A stretch of 64,000 nucleotides of DNA from Flavobacteriales bacterium. Lineage in GTDB: Bacteria; Bacteroidota; Bacteroidia; JACJYZ01. The stretch is taken from positions 49,937-113,936 of the forward strand of contig JACJYZ010000003.1 in assembly GCA_020635855.1 (NCBI GenBank), written 5' to 3'. Both the position numbers and the translations under genes were made by a program. Positions 38,710-51,414 of the stretch are shown here, piece by piece (the first letter of the stretch is position 1; each line of letters starts with the position of its first letter). The notes beneath the pieces are model-generated. The model ran no database searches. It was given only the letters and a program-made list of their open reading frames with translations, and was not told the DNA's origin.

Positions 38710-39168
38710 AGAAGCAGAGTTTATTAATTAAGGTTCGTAAAGTGAATCACCTCCCGGGGAGTTCAGGTGATCGGATGAATAAAAAATTGAGAAAGCGTTA
38801 ATTCAGAAGCCAAAAGATACAGAATTGTGAATCTAAAAACAATAAAAAAATTTTGAGAAACTTTAAAATTCAGTAATGAAAGTTCGAAAGTTCGTTTGTA
38901 ACTCGTTGATATAGCTATTGTTTTGGCTATGTCGGTTTTAATATTCCAATCTACTTTCTGAAAATCAAAACCAGTGATTTATGTGGTATTCGTGCCCATC
39001 AGATCAAAGAATCGTGAATTCTTTGGCTTAAATACAAGGTGCAAGATTCTTTGGTGATTCGGTTGGGAATGTGACCCGCAAACCATCCGAAAGGTATGGT
39101 GGAAAAACAGAATGACACGGGATGAATCCCCTGGCTTTCCTTACATTTGCGCACGAATTGTACCTGAT

Positions 39169-40473
39169 ATGTCAAACATTGTTGCCATCGTAGGACGCCC
39201 GAATGTGGGCAAATCAACTTTTTTCAACCGCATGGTGGGAGGAAGAGACGCCATTGTAGATGAGGTCAGCGGCGTTACCCGCGACCGGCATTACGGCGTA
39301 GGTGAGTGGAATGGTAAGCGGTTCACCCTGATTGATACCGGTGGTTATGTGGTGGGATCCGATGACGTGTTTGAGGAAGAGATCCGCAAGCAGGTGACCG
39401 CCGCCATTGAAGAAGCTGACCTGATCATCTTTGTGGTGGATGTGGAAACCGGCATCACCGACATGGACAAGACCGTTGCCAACATGCTGCGCCAAAGCGA
39501 GCGGAAGGTCCTCCTTGCCGTGAACAAAGTAGATAACAGCATGCGTGTGAATGACGCTACCGAGTTTTATGCGTTGGGGCTGGGTGAATACCATTGTGTG
39601 TCGGCCATAAACGGCAGCGGCACCGGCGAACTGCTGGATGAAATGGCGTCGGAACTCAGCGATGAAGATCCGGATTCAAATTCCGAACTGCCCCGTTTCG
39701 CCATCGTTGGCCGGCCCAATGTGGGTAAGTCTTCACTGGTGAATGCCCTGCTGGGGGAAGACAGGCACATCGTAACGCCGGTAGCCGGAACCACGCGGGA
39801 TGCCATCCACAGCCGGTACAACAAGTTCGGTTTTGATTTCATGCTGGTGGATACTGCCGGTTTGCGTAAGAAAGGAAAGGTGCACGAAGACCTGGAGTTT
39901 TATTCCGTCATGCGCACAGTGAGGGCCATCGAGAATTGCGACGTGTGTTTTTTGCTGCTGGATGCCCAGGAAGAATTCGGCGCCCAGGACATGAACATCT
40001 TCCGCCTCGCCCAACGCAACAAAAAGGGCATCGTAATCCTGGTCAACAAGTGGGACCTGGTGCAAAAAGACACCCATACGGCGCTCCAATACGAAAAGCT
40101 GATTAAGGAAAAGATCCAGCCGTTTACCGATGTCCCCATCCTGTTTATATCCGCACTCACCAAGCAGCGCATCATGGATGCCATGAAGATGGGTGTTCAG
40201 GTGTATGAGAACCGCCGCAAGAAGATCGCAACCTCCGTTCTGAACGAATGGATCGAACCCGTGCTGGAAAAATATCCCCCTCCGGCGGTGCGTGGATTGT
40301 ATGTCAAAATCAAATATGTAACCCAGCTTCCGATCTTCACACCCACCTTTGCATTCTTCTGCAACCACCCGCAACACGTGAAAGACCCTTACAAAAGGTT
40401 CCTTGAAAACAGGCTCAGAGAGTCTTTTGATTTCACCGGAGTGCCGATCAATATCGTGTTCAGAAAGAAATAA
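39169..40473 (+). CDS. der: Ribosome-biogenesis GTPase Der (EngA), two tandem GTPase domains + KH-like domain
   Basis: GD1 [14 protein letters not shown]...DTGG...NKVD. GD2 [18 protein letters not shown]...DTAGLRKK...NKWD. Start refined to the ATG at 39169. Confidence 0.9.
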   Translation: MSNIVAIVGRPNVGKSTFFNRMVGGRDAIVDEVSGVTRDRHYGVGEWNGKRFTLIDTGGYVVGSDDVFEEEIRKQVTAAIEEADLIIFVVDVETGITDMDKTVANMLRQSERKVLLAVNKVDNSMRVNDATEFYALGLGEYHCVSAINGSGTGELLDEMASELSDEDPDSNSELPRFAIVGRPNVGKSSLVNALLGEDRHIVTPVAGTTRDAIHSRYNKFGFDFMLVDTAGLRKKGKVHEDLEFYSVMRTVRAIENCDVCFLLLDAQEEFGAQDMNIFRLAQRNKKGIVILVNKWDLVQKDTHTALQYEKLIKEKIQPFTDVPILFISALTKQRIMDAMKMGVQVYENRRKKIATSVLNEWIEPVLEKYPPPAVRGLYVKIKYVTQLPIFTPTFAFFCNHPQHVKDPYKRFLENRLRESFDFTGVPINIVFRKK

Positions 40474-40479
40474 ATGCGT

Positions 40480-40736
40480 AATTTTTTTTGCTGGAAATAC
40501 TTGACAGGTACAAATTCACGTTTTACTTTTACAAAGCAGTTTGAAACAAGTCAGTTCTTTTATTCTTTGAATTAAGTTAGAACTTCACAATACGAAGGGG
40601 CTCACTTCACAAGTCATGGTTACGGACGCAAATGGATGCACATCAACACTCTTACTTCCATTCTTGACTTAGGGCCCCTTTTTCTTTTTCAGCCCGGCAG
40701 GGCACAGAACCCCGTAAACCTTTACGGGGTTTTTTT
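40480..40736 (+). ncRNA. Candidate small RNA / structured 3'UTR ending in a strong intrinsic terminator
   Basis: 257-nt non-coding interval. Long-range helix GAAGGGGC...GCCCCTT (40587-40594 with 40670-40677). Terminal hairpin CCCCGTAAA-cc-TTTACGGGG followed by TTTTTTT (40710-40736). No family identified. Confidence 0.3.
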
Positions 40737-40784
40737 ATGTCCGGGCCGTATCTTCGCTCCCACGATCCCGGCCTTTCGCTTTCC

Positions 40785-41192
40785 ATGGAACACCTACCTG
40801 ACCATATCATTTTCTTTGACGGCCACTGTCACCTCTGTAGCGGCGCCGTGCAATGGATCCTGAAACGCGACAAACGCAGGGTGTTCTTCTTTGCACCCCT
40901 GCAGTCCGGCACCGCAGCTACACTTCTTCCGCCCGAGATGTCAGATCTGCAAAACATGGGTACGTTCGTATATGTCAGAAACGGAGTACTTCTCATCCGG
41001 TCAACGGCAGCACTCGCCATGCTGAATCAACTCGGTGGTATCTGGTCGGTGTTGTCCTGGCTGAAGGTTGTGCCCAGGCCCATCCGTGATGCCGCGTACA
41101 ACCTCGTGGCACGCAACCGCTACAAATGGTTCGGTAAAAGGGAAGTTTGCATGATGCCCCAACCGGGGAATGCAGAACGGTTCCTGGATTAA
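40785..41192 (+). CDS. Thiol-disulfide oxidoreductase, DCC family (DUF393)
   Basis: IIFFDGHCHLCSGAVQWILKRDKRRVFFFAPLQS is the hallmark FDGxCxLC motif of DCC1/DUF393 proteins. Start chosen at ATG 40785 (an alternative ATG at 40737 abuts the terminator). Confidence 0.75.
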   Translation: MEHLPDHIIFFDGHCHLCSGAVQWILKRDKRRVFFFAPLQSGTAATLLPPEMSDLQNMGTFVYVRNGVLLIRSTAALAMLNQLGGIWSVLSWLKVVPRPIRDAAYNLVARNRYKWFGKREVCMMPQPGNAERFLD

Positions 41193-41196
41193 AATG

Positions 41197-42363
41197 TCAG
41201 GCGATCTTGTCCAGCGCAGCTTTCAGATCTTCCCACAACGCATCCACATCTTCAAGTCCGACATACAGCCGCACCAAATTCAGGCGCAGGACCGGAGATG
41301 CATAGTTGGGTGATTCGGAGAGTACGCACAGCGGGTATACCAACGACTCATATCCGCCCCACGATGTGGCCAGCAGGAAATGATGCAGGTTGTTGCAGAA
41401 TGTTTCCGTGTCTTCCACGCGCTCCGATTTAAGTGCGATCGAGAGCAGTCCGCTTCCGCTTTTCATCTGGCGTTTGGCCAGTTCATGCTGAGGATGACCG
41501 GGAAGGAACGGGTGATACACGGTTGCTACGGCGGGGTGGCCTTCCAATCGCTTCGCAAGCTCAAACGCAGACGCCGCACTCCGTTCCATGCGAAGAGGCA
41601 GGGTTCTCAGCCCGCGCAACATCATCCATGCATCATGGGGAGAAATGATGGCGCCGAGTGTCATGAACTCCGCGTTGAACATGCGCATGATGCGTTCTTT
41701 CGATCCGCACACCACACCGGCCACCACATCACTGTGACCGTTCAGGTATTTGGTTGCCGACTGCACCGTCATGTCAATGCCCATCCGTATGGGTTGCTGC
41801 AACAGGGGGGTGCAGTAGCTGTTGTCGCAGATGGTGGTGATGCCTTTTTCTTTTGCCAGCCGGGCCACTGCTTCCAGGTCCTGCAACTCGAAGGTGATCG
41901 AGTTCGGACTTTCCAGGTAGATTAGTTTGGTTTGCTCATTGATGGCTGCGGAGATCTGTGCGGTATCGGTGCCATCCGCCATGGTGGTGGTCACCCCGTA
42001 TTGTACGAGGTATTTGTTCAGCAACTTGTTGGTCCAGCTGTAGGGCTTCTGCACACACACCACATGGTCACCGGCCTTTACCACCGACATGATGGCTGCT
42101 GCAATGGCAGCCGTTCCGCTGGAAAACACCAGTGCATCTTCGGCGCCGTCGAGGGCGGCCAGTTTGCTGCGAAGGATGGCAACGGTGGGGTTGTAGCCCC
42201 GGGTGTAGAAGGGTACTTCCAGTTCGCGTTGCAGTTCCGTGCGCATGGTAGCCACATCGGGGAATGCAAAGTTGGAAGACTGAAAAAGCGGGGGAGCAAC
42301 CGCATTCAGATAATCTTCACGGTGCTCCCCCAGTTGGTTCAGGATGTAAGACAGATCATCCAT
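41197..42363 (-). CDS. Cys/Met-metabolism PLP-dependent enzyme (cystathionine beta-lyase/gamma-synthase / methionine gamma-lyase family)
   Basis: PLP-lysine motif SATKYLNGHSDVVAG. Fold-type I pattern YTRGYNPTV...FSSGTAAI. Start at ATG 42361-42363 (the ORF track uses an upstream TTG). Confidence 0.85.
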   Translation of the reverse strand: MDDLSYILNQLGEHREDYLNAVAPPLFQSSNFAFPDVATMRTELQRELEVPFYTRGYNPTVAILRSKLAALDGAEDALVFSSGTAAIAAAIMSVVKAGDHVVCVQKPYSWTNKLLNKYLVQYGVTTTMADGTDTAQISAAINEQTKLIYLESPNSITFELQDLEAVARLAKEKGITTICDNSYCTPLLQQPIRMGIDMTVQSATKYLNGHSDVVAGVVCGSKERIMRMFNAEFMTLGAIISPHDAWMMLRGLRTLPLRMERSAASAFELAKRLEGHPAVATVYHPFLPGHPQHELAKRQMKSGSGLLSIALKSERVEDTETFCNNLHHFLLATSWGGYESLVYPLCVLSESPNYASPVLRLNLVRLYVGLEDVDALWEDLKAALDKIA

Positions 42364-42383
42364 CAATCCTTATGGTGCTATGT

Positions 42384-43652
42384 TTACAGGTTGAAGGCTT
42401 TCTTCACTTTGTCCTTATAGTCGATGTTCTCCCAGCTGAAGAACTCCACGTTGCGCTTGATTTTTTTGCCGTCGCGGACCAGCGCAATGGATTTCGTGTA
42501 GGGACCACGGCCGAAGTGACCGTATGCTGCGGTTTCCTGGAAGATGGGGTTCTTCAGTCCGAATCGCTTCACGATGGCTGCCGGACGCATATCGAACAAC
42601 TTGGTCACCATGGCCGCCACTTCTCCGTCGGAGAGCACTTTGCCTTTGCTGTTCTTGGCTTTGCAGGTGCCATAAGTGTTCACGTAGATACCCACGGGTT
42701 GCGCCACGCCGATGGCATAAGCTACCTGAACAAGCACTTCATCAGCCACACCGCCGGCCACCAGGTTCTTGGCAATGTGCCTGCTGGCATAGGCTGCCGA
42801 CCTGTCTACCTTGGAAGAGTCTTTGCCGGAAAACGCACCGCCTCCGTGTGCACCTTTTCCACCGTATGTATCTACGATGATCTTACGGCCGGTCAGACCG
42901 GTGTCGCCGTGCGGACCGCCGATCACGAACTTACCGGTGGGATTCACCAGCAACTTGTATTTCTTCTTGAACAATTTCTGCACGCGTGCGGGAAGCTTTT
43001 TGAGTACACGGGGGATCAGGATCGTTTCGATGTCCTTCTTGATCTTGTCCAGCATTTTCTTCTCCGTGTCGAAGTCGTCATGCTGGGTGGAGATCACGAT
43101 CGTGTCTACATGCATGGGTTTGTTGTCATCGTCGTAAGCGATGGTCACCTGCGACTTGGAGTCGGGGCGGAGGTATTTCATCTGCTTGCCTTCGCGACGA
43201 ATGGCTGCCAGCTCGATCAGGAGTTTGTGGGCCAGGTCCAGTGCAAGGGGCATGTAGTTGTCGGTTTCATTTGTGGCGTAACCGAACATCATTCCCTGGT
43301 CGCCGGCGCCCTGGTCTTCTTCTTTTTTGCGGACAACACCCTGGTTGATGTCGGGTGATTGTTCGTGGATCGCACTGATTACGCCGCATGATTCCGAGTC
43401 GAACATGTAATCGGACTTGGTGTAGCCGATCCTGTTCACCACATCACGGGCGATCTTCTGGGCATCGATATAACCCGATGTTTTTACCTCGCCGCTCAGC
43501 ACAACGAGACCGGTCGTTACGAGCGTTTCGCAAGCAACTTTCGCGTTCTCGTCCTGCGCCAGGAAGGCATCCAGCAGGGCGTCGGAAATTTGATCGGAAA
43601 CTTTATCCGGGTGTCCTTCGGAAACTGATTCGGATGTAAAAAGATAGGGCAT
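42384..43652 (-). CDS. metK: S-adenosylmethionine synthetase
   Basis: [31 protein letters not shown]...GGGAFSGKD...; full-length 422 aa. Confidence 0.95.
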   Translation of the reverse strand: MPYLFTSESVSEGHPDKVSDQISDALLDAFLAQDENAKVACETLVTTGLVVLSGEVKTSGYIDAQKIARDVVNRIGYTKSDYMFDSESCGVISAIHEQSPDINQGVVRKKEEDQGAGDQGMMFGYATNETDNYMPLALDLAHKLLIELAAIRREGKQMKYLRPDSKSQVTIAYDDDNKPMHVDTIVISTQHDDFDTEKKMLDKIKKDIETILIPRVLKKLPARVQKLFKKKYKLLVNPTGKFVIGGPHGDTGLTGRKIIVDTYGGKGAHGGGAFSGKDSSKVDRSAAYASRHIAKNLVAGGVADEVLVQVAYAIGVAQPVGIYVNTYGTCKAKNSKGKVLSDGEVAAMVTKLFDMRPAAIVKRFGLKNPIFQETAAYGHFGRGPYTKSIALVRDGKKIKRNVEFFSWENIDYKDKVKKAFNL

Positions 43653-43745
43653 AGTATTCAGATGGTTTGTTTGGTGAAAGGCAAATTTATGATAATCCTA
43701 GAATTTGCAAGGGGGATGGGTGAAAATGAAATGCAATGGAAAATG

Positions 43746-44654
43746 CTACTTCGTCAATTGTTGGAAGACCTCCTCCAGCTTGATCTCTTCTTTCTGCAGG
43801 GTGAGGATGGTGACCTTGTTCTCCACCGCGAACTGAAACAATACCGTGCGGAGATCCGCCTCGGCCGCAGATTCGATCCGGTATCTGCGCGTTGTTTCGC
43901 TGTGAATGGCTGAGATGCCGGGCAGCGCCTGGAGCGCATCCACGCTGATTTCCGCTTCAAACTCGATGGTAACCACCTGTCCTTTTCCGAGCCCTTCCTT
44001 CAGGTCTGATGCCGGTTTGTCGGCCACGATCTTTCCCCGGTTGATGATGATTACCCGGTCGCACATGGCTTCTACTTCCTGCATGATATGGGTGGATAGC
44101 ATGACGCTTTTCTCAGCCCCCACGCGGCGGATCAGGTTCCGGATCTCGCGCAGCTGGTTCGGATCAAGGCCCGAGGTAGGTTCATCCAGGATCAGCACTT
44201 TGGGATCGTGGATCAGCGCCTGTGCCAGTCCGACCCGCTGCCGGTATCCCTTTGACAAGGCGCCGATCTTTTTGTGCTGTTCCAGTCCGAGGCCTGTGAT
44301 CTCCACCATTTCATCCACCCGCTGCCGGATTTGTTTTCCTTTGAAGTGAAGTCCGCCGATGAACGCCAGGTACTCTTTCACATACATGTCGAGATACAGC
44401 GGATTGTGTTCGGGCAGGTAGCCTACATTCTTCCTCACTTCCAGGGACTGTTCCACCACGTCGTAGCCGCACACGTTCACGTCCCCTTCGGTTTGCGGGA
44501 TGAAGCAGGTGATGATCTTCATCATGGTCGACTTACCCGCGCCGTTCGGTCCTAGAAATCCGACCACTTCCTTGCCGCCCACATCGAAGCTCACATTGTC
44601 GAGCGCTTTCTGCTCGCCGTACACTTTGGTGATGTTCCTTACCCGGATAGACAT
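43746..44654 (-). CDS. ABC transporter ATP-binding protein (ABC-2/gliding-motility GldA-like ATPase)
   Basis: Walker A GPNGAGKST. Signature LSKGYRQRV. Walker B LILDEPTSGLD. H-loop LSTHIM. Start refined to the internal ATG (MSIRVRNITKVYG); the longer ORF N-terminus is non-coding. Confidence 0.85.
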   Translation of the reverse strand: MSIRVRNITKVYGEQKALDNVSFDVGGKEVVGFLGPNGAGKSTMMKIITCFIPQTEGDVNVCGYDVVEQSLEVRKNVGYLPEHNPLYLDMYVKEYLAFIGGLHFKGKQIRQRVDEMVEITGLGLEQHKKIGALSKGYRQRVGLAQALIHDPKVLILDEPTSGLDPNQLREIRNLIRRVGAEKSVMLSTHIMQEVEAMCDRVIIINRGKIVADKPASDLKEGLGKGQVVTIEFEAEISVDALQALPGISAIHSETTRRYRIESAAEADLRTVLFQFAVENKVTILTLQKEEIKLEEVFQQLTK

Positions 44655-44742
44655 GTGACAAATGTACGTATTGCCTTCAGAGACGGCAAGGCCATCTTCG
44701 TCTCTTTGAAGAATTCCCCTACATTCGTGGTAACGATCGCAC

Positions 44743-45663
44743 ATGAAAGGCATTGTCATCAAATCAACCGGAAGCCGGTACCTTGTGGAAGATCCCGACG
44801 GGCATCTGCTCGACTGCCGGGTCAGGGGAAAAGTTCGCCTGGAAGAACGCGACACCACCAACCCGGTGGCCGTGGGCGATCACGTGGAGATCGAACAGAA
44901 AGGCGACGATTGGATCATCTCCACCATTTTTCCACGCACCAACTACATCGTGAGAAAAGCCACCAAGCTGTCGAGTCAGCGACACATCATCGCGGCCAAC
45001 ATCGACAGGGCCTACCTGGTGGTTACGCCGGCATTCCCGCGTACCAGCTTCGGGTTCATCGACCGGTTCCTGGTGACGGCAGAGGCTTATCATATCCCCG
45101 TTACCCTGATCTTCAACAAGGCCGACCTGTTCCGGGAAGGCGATGCGGTGGAAGTGCTGGAGGAAATGAAGCAGGTGTATGAAGCCATCGGCTATCCGTG
45201 CCTGGTTGTTTCTGCATACAACGAAAAAGATGTACAGATACTGCGGGAGCAGATGCAGCACCGGACACAACTGATGAGCGGGCACTCGGGCGTGGGCAAA
45301 TCCACCCTGATCAAAGCCCTTGAACCCCGGTTGGACCTGGTCACCAAAGAAATATCTCCCTTCCACCTGAAAGGACAACACGCCACTACCTTTGCCGAAA
45401 TGCACAGGGTGACCGGCGGTGGATATATCATTGACACACCAGGCATCAAAGAACTGGGACTGGTGGACATTCCCCGGGATGAGATCTCCCATTACTTTGT
45501 GGAAATGCGTGCCCTGCTACCGGGATGCAGGTTCAACAACTGCATGCATGTGAATGAACCCGGATGTGCTGTGCTGGAAGCCGTAAAGAACGATATGGTG
45601 ACGCCCACCCGGTACCAAAGTTACCTGGGCATGCTGGAAGAAACCGAAAACCTACAAAAATGA
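44743..45663 (+). CDS. rsgA: Ribosome small-subunit-dependent GTPase A
   Basis: N-terminal OB fold ([15 protein letters not shown]). Circularly permuted GTPase (NKADL ... [14 protein letters not shown] ... DTPG). Zinc-finger Cys ([14 protein letters not shown]). Confidence 0.9.
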   Translation: MKGIVIKSTGSRYLVEDPDGHLLDCRVRGKVRLEERDTTNPVAVGDHVEIEQKGDDWIISTIFPRTNYIVRKATKLSSQRHIIAANIDRAYLVVTPAFPRTSFGFIDRFLVTAEAYHIPVTLIFNKADLFREGDAVEVLEEMKQVYEAIGYPCLVVSAYNEKDVQILREQMQHRTQLMSGHSGVGKSTLIKALEPRLDLVTKEISPFHLKGQHATTFAEMHRVTGGGYIIDTPGIKELGLVDIPRDEISHYFVEMRALLPGCRFNNCMHVNEPGCAVLEAVKNDMVTPTRYQSYLGMLEETENLQK

Positions 45664-46112
45664 GGGTGTTGATTCAACGGGTATCGGAAGCTTCGGTCAC
45701 CATCGAAGGGCGGGTACACGGTTCCATCGGAAAAGGTGTGCTGGTGCTGGTGGGAATAGAAGAGGCCGATACGGAGGAAGATGCCGACTGGCTGGCGGGG
45801 AAGGTAACGAGGTTGCGGATCTTCCCGGACGCGGAAGGGGTGATGAACGTGAGCTTGTCGGATGCCGGTGGTGGCGCCCTGGTGGTGAGTCAGTTCACCT
45901 TGCATGCCAGCACGAAGAAAGGCAACCTCCCGTCGTACATCAAAGCCGCCCGGCCCGAACATGCCATTCCCCTGTACGAGTACTTCGTGCGGCAGCTGAA
46001 GCAGGAAGGGATATCGGATGTGCAGACCGGCGTGTTCGGAGCAGATATGAAGGTAGCGCTGATCAATGACGGTCCTGTCACCATCTGGATTGACAGCCGG
46101 AACAAAGAATAA
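45660..46112 (+). CDS. dtd: D-aminoacyl-tRNA deacylase
   Basis: [41 protein letters not shown]...[17 protein letters not shown] (Dtd SQFTL motif). ATGA overlap with the rsgA stop. Confidence 0.9.
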   Translation: MRVLIQRVSEASVTIEGRVHGSIGKGVLVLVGIEEADTEEDADWLAGKVTRLRIFPDAEGVMNVSLSDAGGGALVVSQFTLHASTKKGNLPSYIKAARPEHAIPLYEYFVRQLKQEGISDVQTGVFGADMKVALINDGPVTIWIDSRNKE

Positions 46113-46115
46113 GAA

Positions 46116-46445
46116 ATGACACTGGAAGAAGCACAAAAGAAGGTAGACGAATGGATCCGGACCGTAGGTGTCCGTTACTTCAGCGAACTCACCAACATGG
46201 CCGTTCTGACTGAGGAAGTGGGGGAACTGGCCCGCATCATGGCCCGCAAATACGGCGACCAGAGTTTCAAATCAGGAGAGGCGGAAGACCCGGCGCCGGA
46301 AATGGCAGATGTGTTGTTTGTGCTGATCTGCCTCGCCAACCAAACCGGCGTGAACCTGACCGAGGCGCTGGAAGCATCCCTGGAAAAGAAAACCAACCGG
46401 GATGCAAACCGGCACAAAGAGAACCCGAAGTTGAAGGATGTTTGA
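46116..46445 (+). CDS. MazG-like nucleotide pyrophosphohydrolase
   Basis: LTEEVGELARI and EMADVLFVLICLAN motifs (EExxE...D metal site). 109 aa. Confidence 0.8.
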   Translation: MTLEEAQKKVDEWIRTVGVRYFSELTNMAVLTEEVGELARIMARKYGDQSFKSGEAEDPAPEMADVLFVLICLANQTGVNLTEALEASLEKKTNRDANRHKENPKLKDV

Positions 46446-46590
46446 AGCCACGAAGGCGCAAAGGCTCAAAGAGAATAATGGGGTTTTATCCGGTGTTTCC
46501 GCACTTGGGTAATAAACACTGAACCGGCTTACCGACAACACCCACCACTTTCTTCGCGTCTTTGTGCCTTTGTGGCAATATCCCTCCAGC

Positions 46591-47334
46591 CTAGAAGGAT
46601 GACTCCTTGTTCTTGAGTTTCGACAAAAACCGGATCAACGACATCCAGCATTCCTGCTGACTTTCGCATGTTTTCCACAGGGCCCTTGAGCCATGCATGC
46701 CTTCTCTGCCGGGGGTGAACTGGGTGCGTTTGCTTTCCGGTACCTGGCTGACCAGGTTGCGCACATGATCGCTTTCGCCTTTGGTGGAAGCCACGAATAC
46801 GGGTTTGTCGAGGTGGCTGATGGCTTGTTTTACATTCAGTTTGTCGCCGAAATATTCGCCCGGACTGAAGGCGATCACCGCTTCCACCAACTCGTTCTCG
46901 CTGGCGATCTTCAACGCCAGGGATGCTGAATAGGAGCTGCCGAAGAGGATCACGGGTTGACCGGCCAGGTGGCTCAGGTATTCAACGCCCGCGAGCATGT
47001 CCTGTTCGGCATCGAGGTATTCAGTGGGCAGGTTTTTGGCGGCAGCCTTTTTGGCGGTTTCGTTCTCTACGCCATTTACGGCACCCCCTGACCGGAGGTC
47101 GATGGCCAGGCAGTTGTAGCCGAGTTTGTTCAGTCGTTCGGCGGTAACCACATATTCACCCCTGCTGTAACCGGCCTGGTGGCATAGCAGGATATAAGGT
47201 GCATGCGGATCGATCTGATAAAGATCTCCCGTGATCTCCAATCCGTCTTTGGAAGGAAAATGAACTTCTTTCTTTTCAGAGGTGGGCAAACCGGCAGCCA
47301 CGGAGAAAGCTGCCATCAACAACAAATATTTCAT
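46591..47334 (-). CDS. Secreted alpha/beta hydrolase (dienelactone-hydrolase-like)
   Basis: Signal peptide MKYLLLMAAFSVAAG. Nucleophile elbow GSSYSAS. Alpha/beta hydrolase layout. ATG at 47332-47334. Confidence 0.65.
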   Translation of the reverse strand: MKYLLLMAAFSVAAGLPTSEKKEVHFPSKDGLEITGDLYQIDPHAPYILLCHQAGYSRGEYVVTAERLNKLGYNCLAIDLRSGGAVNGVENETAKKAAAKNLPTEYLDAEQDMLAGVEYLSHLAGQPVILFGSSYSASLALKIASENELVEAVIAFSPGEYFGDKLNVKQAISHLDKPVFVASTKGESDHVRNLVSQVPESKRTQFTPGREGMHGSRALWKTCESQQECWMSLIRFLSKLKNKESSF

Positions 47335-47407
47335 CAGGACGCATTTGATGAACACGCCCTGCAGGGTTCATCCTGAAGGGCATATTGCGGTATCCGACAA
47401 TCTTCGG

Positions 47408-47659
47408 TTACTGCTTTGCGGCTGATTCTGCGAGTACGGTGATGTTGTTGTTCAGAACTTCGACGACGCCTCCAGTGATCTCAAAGGATTTCTCCTTCTG
47501 ATCCTCACCGATCAACCGAACCTTTCCTACCGACAAGGTGGAGATGATGGGTGCGTGGTTTTTCAGGACCTGGAACCTGCCTTGGGCGCCAGGAACCTCA
47601 ACCATGGTAACGTTGCCGCTAAACAGGTTTGCATCCGGGGTGACTATGTCTAAATGCAT
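47408..47659 (-). CDS. atpC: F0F1 ATP synthase subunit epsilon
   Basis: MHLDIVTPDANLFSGNVTMVEVPGAQGRFQVLKNHAPIISTL...; 83 aa; immediately follows atpD. Confidence 0.9.
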   Translation of the reverse strand: MHLDIVTPDANLFSGNVTMVEVPGAQGRFQVLKNHAPIISTLSVGKVRLIGEDQKEKSFEITGGVVEVLNNNITVLAESAAKQ

Positions 47660-47771
47660 TTTTTTCTTTTGTTACCCGACTGCAATCTGACTCGGCTTGA
47701 TCAGCTATAAAGCCGTATCCTCAGCAAACTACAGCGGGAAGGTACAAAACTTCGCTGTTCGGCGCAACTTA

Positions 47772-49785
<2,014 letters not shown>

Positions 49786-49858
49786 TATTTTTGACGGCGG
49801 CTGAAAACGGTTCGTTACATTCGCCCGTTGGATATCAACCCGCCGCCCTTATTCGGAA

Positions 49859-50794
49859 TTGAAAGTATACAGAAGCATTGAATCCTTTGAGGTGAAAGGC
49901 CCCAAGGTGGTGACGCTGGGCACCTTTGACGGTGTGCATTCAGGGCACCGGAAGATCCTCAACAGGCTGCGGCAGATCAGCCGTCAGCAGAACATGCCGA
50001 GTGTGTTGCTGACGTTCTTCCCTCACCCCAGGATGGTATTGCAAAACAAACAAAGCGACCTGAAGTTGCTCAATACCCTCGATGAAAAGATTGCCTTGCT
50101 GGAATCCGAACAACTGGATCACCTGATTATCCATCCATTCACCCTTGAGTTTTCCCGTATGTCACACACCGAATTTGTGCGTGAAATGCTGGTGAACCGG
50201 ATAGGAGTTAAAAAACTGGTTGTCGGCTACAACCACCAGTTCGGGAGGAACCGCGAAGGCAGCTTTGAGCAATTGAAAGAACTGTCCCAAACCTTCGAAT
50301 TTGACGTGGAGGAAATTCCCGCGGAAGACATCGATGAGGTGATTGTAAGTTCAACCAAAATCAGGGAAGCCCTGATGGAAGGACAACTCAAGGTGGCCAA
50401 CCTCTACCTGGGGTATGATTACCAGCTGTCGGGAAAAGTGGTGGCAGGAGACCGGATCGGGCGGTCCATCGGGTTTCCCACCGCCAACATACAAATCGGT
50501 GACCCCAACAAACTCATCCCGGCCAACGGGGTATACGCAGTTACCGTTCAGGTGGAGGATACCTGGTACAATGGCATGCTGAACATAGGCAACCGGCCCA
50601 CGGTAAAGGGACAGGAACAGAGGGTGGAAGTGCACATTTTTGACTTTCAGCGTTCTATTTACGACCTTGAAGTGGTAATCAGGCTGAAGGAAAAGATCCG
50701 GAATGAAAAGGATTTCGGTGATCTGACCGCGCTGACAAGCCAGTTGAGATCCGATAAGGAAAAAGCGCTGAAAGTATTGGCAGATGAAACTTGA
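49859..50794 (+). CDS. ribF: Bifunctional riboflavin kinase / FMN adenylyltransferase
   Basis: VVTLGTFDGVHSGHRKIL (nucleotidyltransferase HxGH). Kinase domain ...GFPTANIQ...; start codon is TTG at 49859. Confidence 0.9.
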   Translation: MKVYRSIESFEVKGPKVVTLGTFDGVHSGHRKILNRLRQISRQQNMPSVLLTFFPHPRMVLQNKQSDLKLLNTLDEKIALLESEQLDHLIIHPFTLEFSRMSHTEFVREMLVNRIGVKKLVVGYNHQFGRNREGSFEQLKELSQTFEFDVEEIPAEDIDEVIVSSTKIREALMEGQLKVANLYLGYDYQLSGKVVAGDRIGRSIGFPTANIQIGDPNKLIPANGVYAVTVQVEDTWYNGMLNIGNRPTVKGQEQRVEVHIFDFQRSIYDLEVVIRLKEKIRNEKDFGDLTALTSQLRSDKEKALKVLADET

Positions 50795-51413
50795 TGTTGC
50801 TATGAACAAGAACCGGTTCAGGATGTTATGGGTGGTTTGCGGACTGCAATTCTTCTTCTGGAATGCTGTAGCACAACCTTTGGATTCTGCTGCAACGGCT
50901 CAGTTGCCTTTGTTCACGAGCCTGTCTGAGGCAATGAAAGACCCCGGCTCGGTGTACCGCCTTTCCCTCCGGAAAAACAAGCTGGATACATTTCCATCCC
51001 AGATATTTTCCTTCCCCAACCTGCAGGAACTGGACCTGAGCCGCAACAAAATCAGGGAAATTCCGCGCCGCATTGCTGAATTACAAAACCTGGAGAAGCT
51101 CAACCTTACTAACAACAAAATCGATGAACTTCCCGCAGAGCTGGGACTGCTCATTCACCTGAAAGAGTTTCGCGCCGCACGCAACTATATTGAAAAGATT
51201 CCACCCGAAATGGGCAAGCTGGAACAACTGGAAGTACTGGACATCTGGGACAACGAGATCACCACCTTCCCTGATGAGTTGCGCAACCTGAAAAGCCTGA
51301 AATACCTTGATCTTCGTGCCATCCTCATCCCGGAAGATGAACAAACGCGCATCAGGGGTATGCTGCCCGGCGTTGATATTTATATGTCGCCGGCGTGCCA
51401 GTGCAAGTGGTAG
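50784..51413 (+). CDS. Secreted leucine-rich-repeat protein
   Basis: Signal peptide MLWVVCGLQFFFWNAVAQ. At least 6 LRRs (LQELDLSRNKIREIP, LEKLNLTNNKIDELP, LKEFRAARNYIEKIP, LEVLDIWDNEITTFP, LKYLDLR). Confidence 0.8.
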   Translation: MKLDVAMNKNRFRMLWVVCGLQFFFWNAVAQPLDSAATAQLPLFTSLSEAMKDPGSVYRLSLRKNKLDTFPSQIFSFPNLQELDLSRNKIREIPRRIAELQNLEKLNLTNNKIDELPAELGLLIHLKEFRAARNYIEKIPPEMGKLEQLEVLDIWDNEITTFPDELRNLKSLKYLDLRAILIPEDEQTRIRGMLPGVDIYMSPACQCKW

Positions 51414-51414
51414 T

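Noticed and set aside
40737-40784. Longer start for the DCC-family protein (MSGPYLRSHDPGLSLS...)
   Set aside because: The ATG at 40737 directly abuts the terminator U-tract with no room for a ribosome-binding region. Family members begin about 10 aa before the FDGxC motif, as with the ATG at 40785. It is kept as an alternative.
43653-43745. SAM-I (S-box) riboswitch upstream of metK
   Set aside because: No S-box consensus (no kink-turn or GGNGGGA / ACUGGCCCGAUGA-like elements) is visible. Only a weak SAM-II-like possibility is retained.
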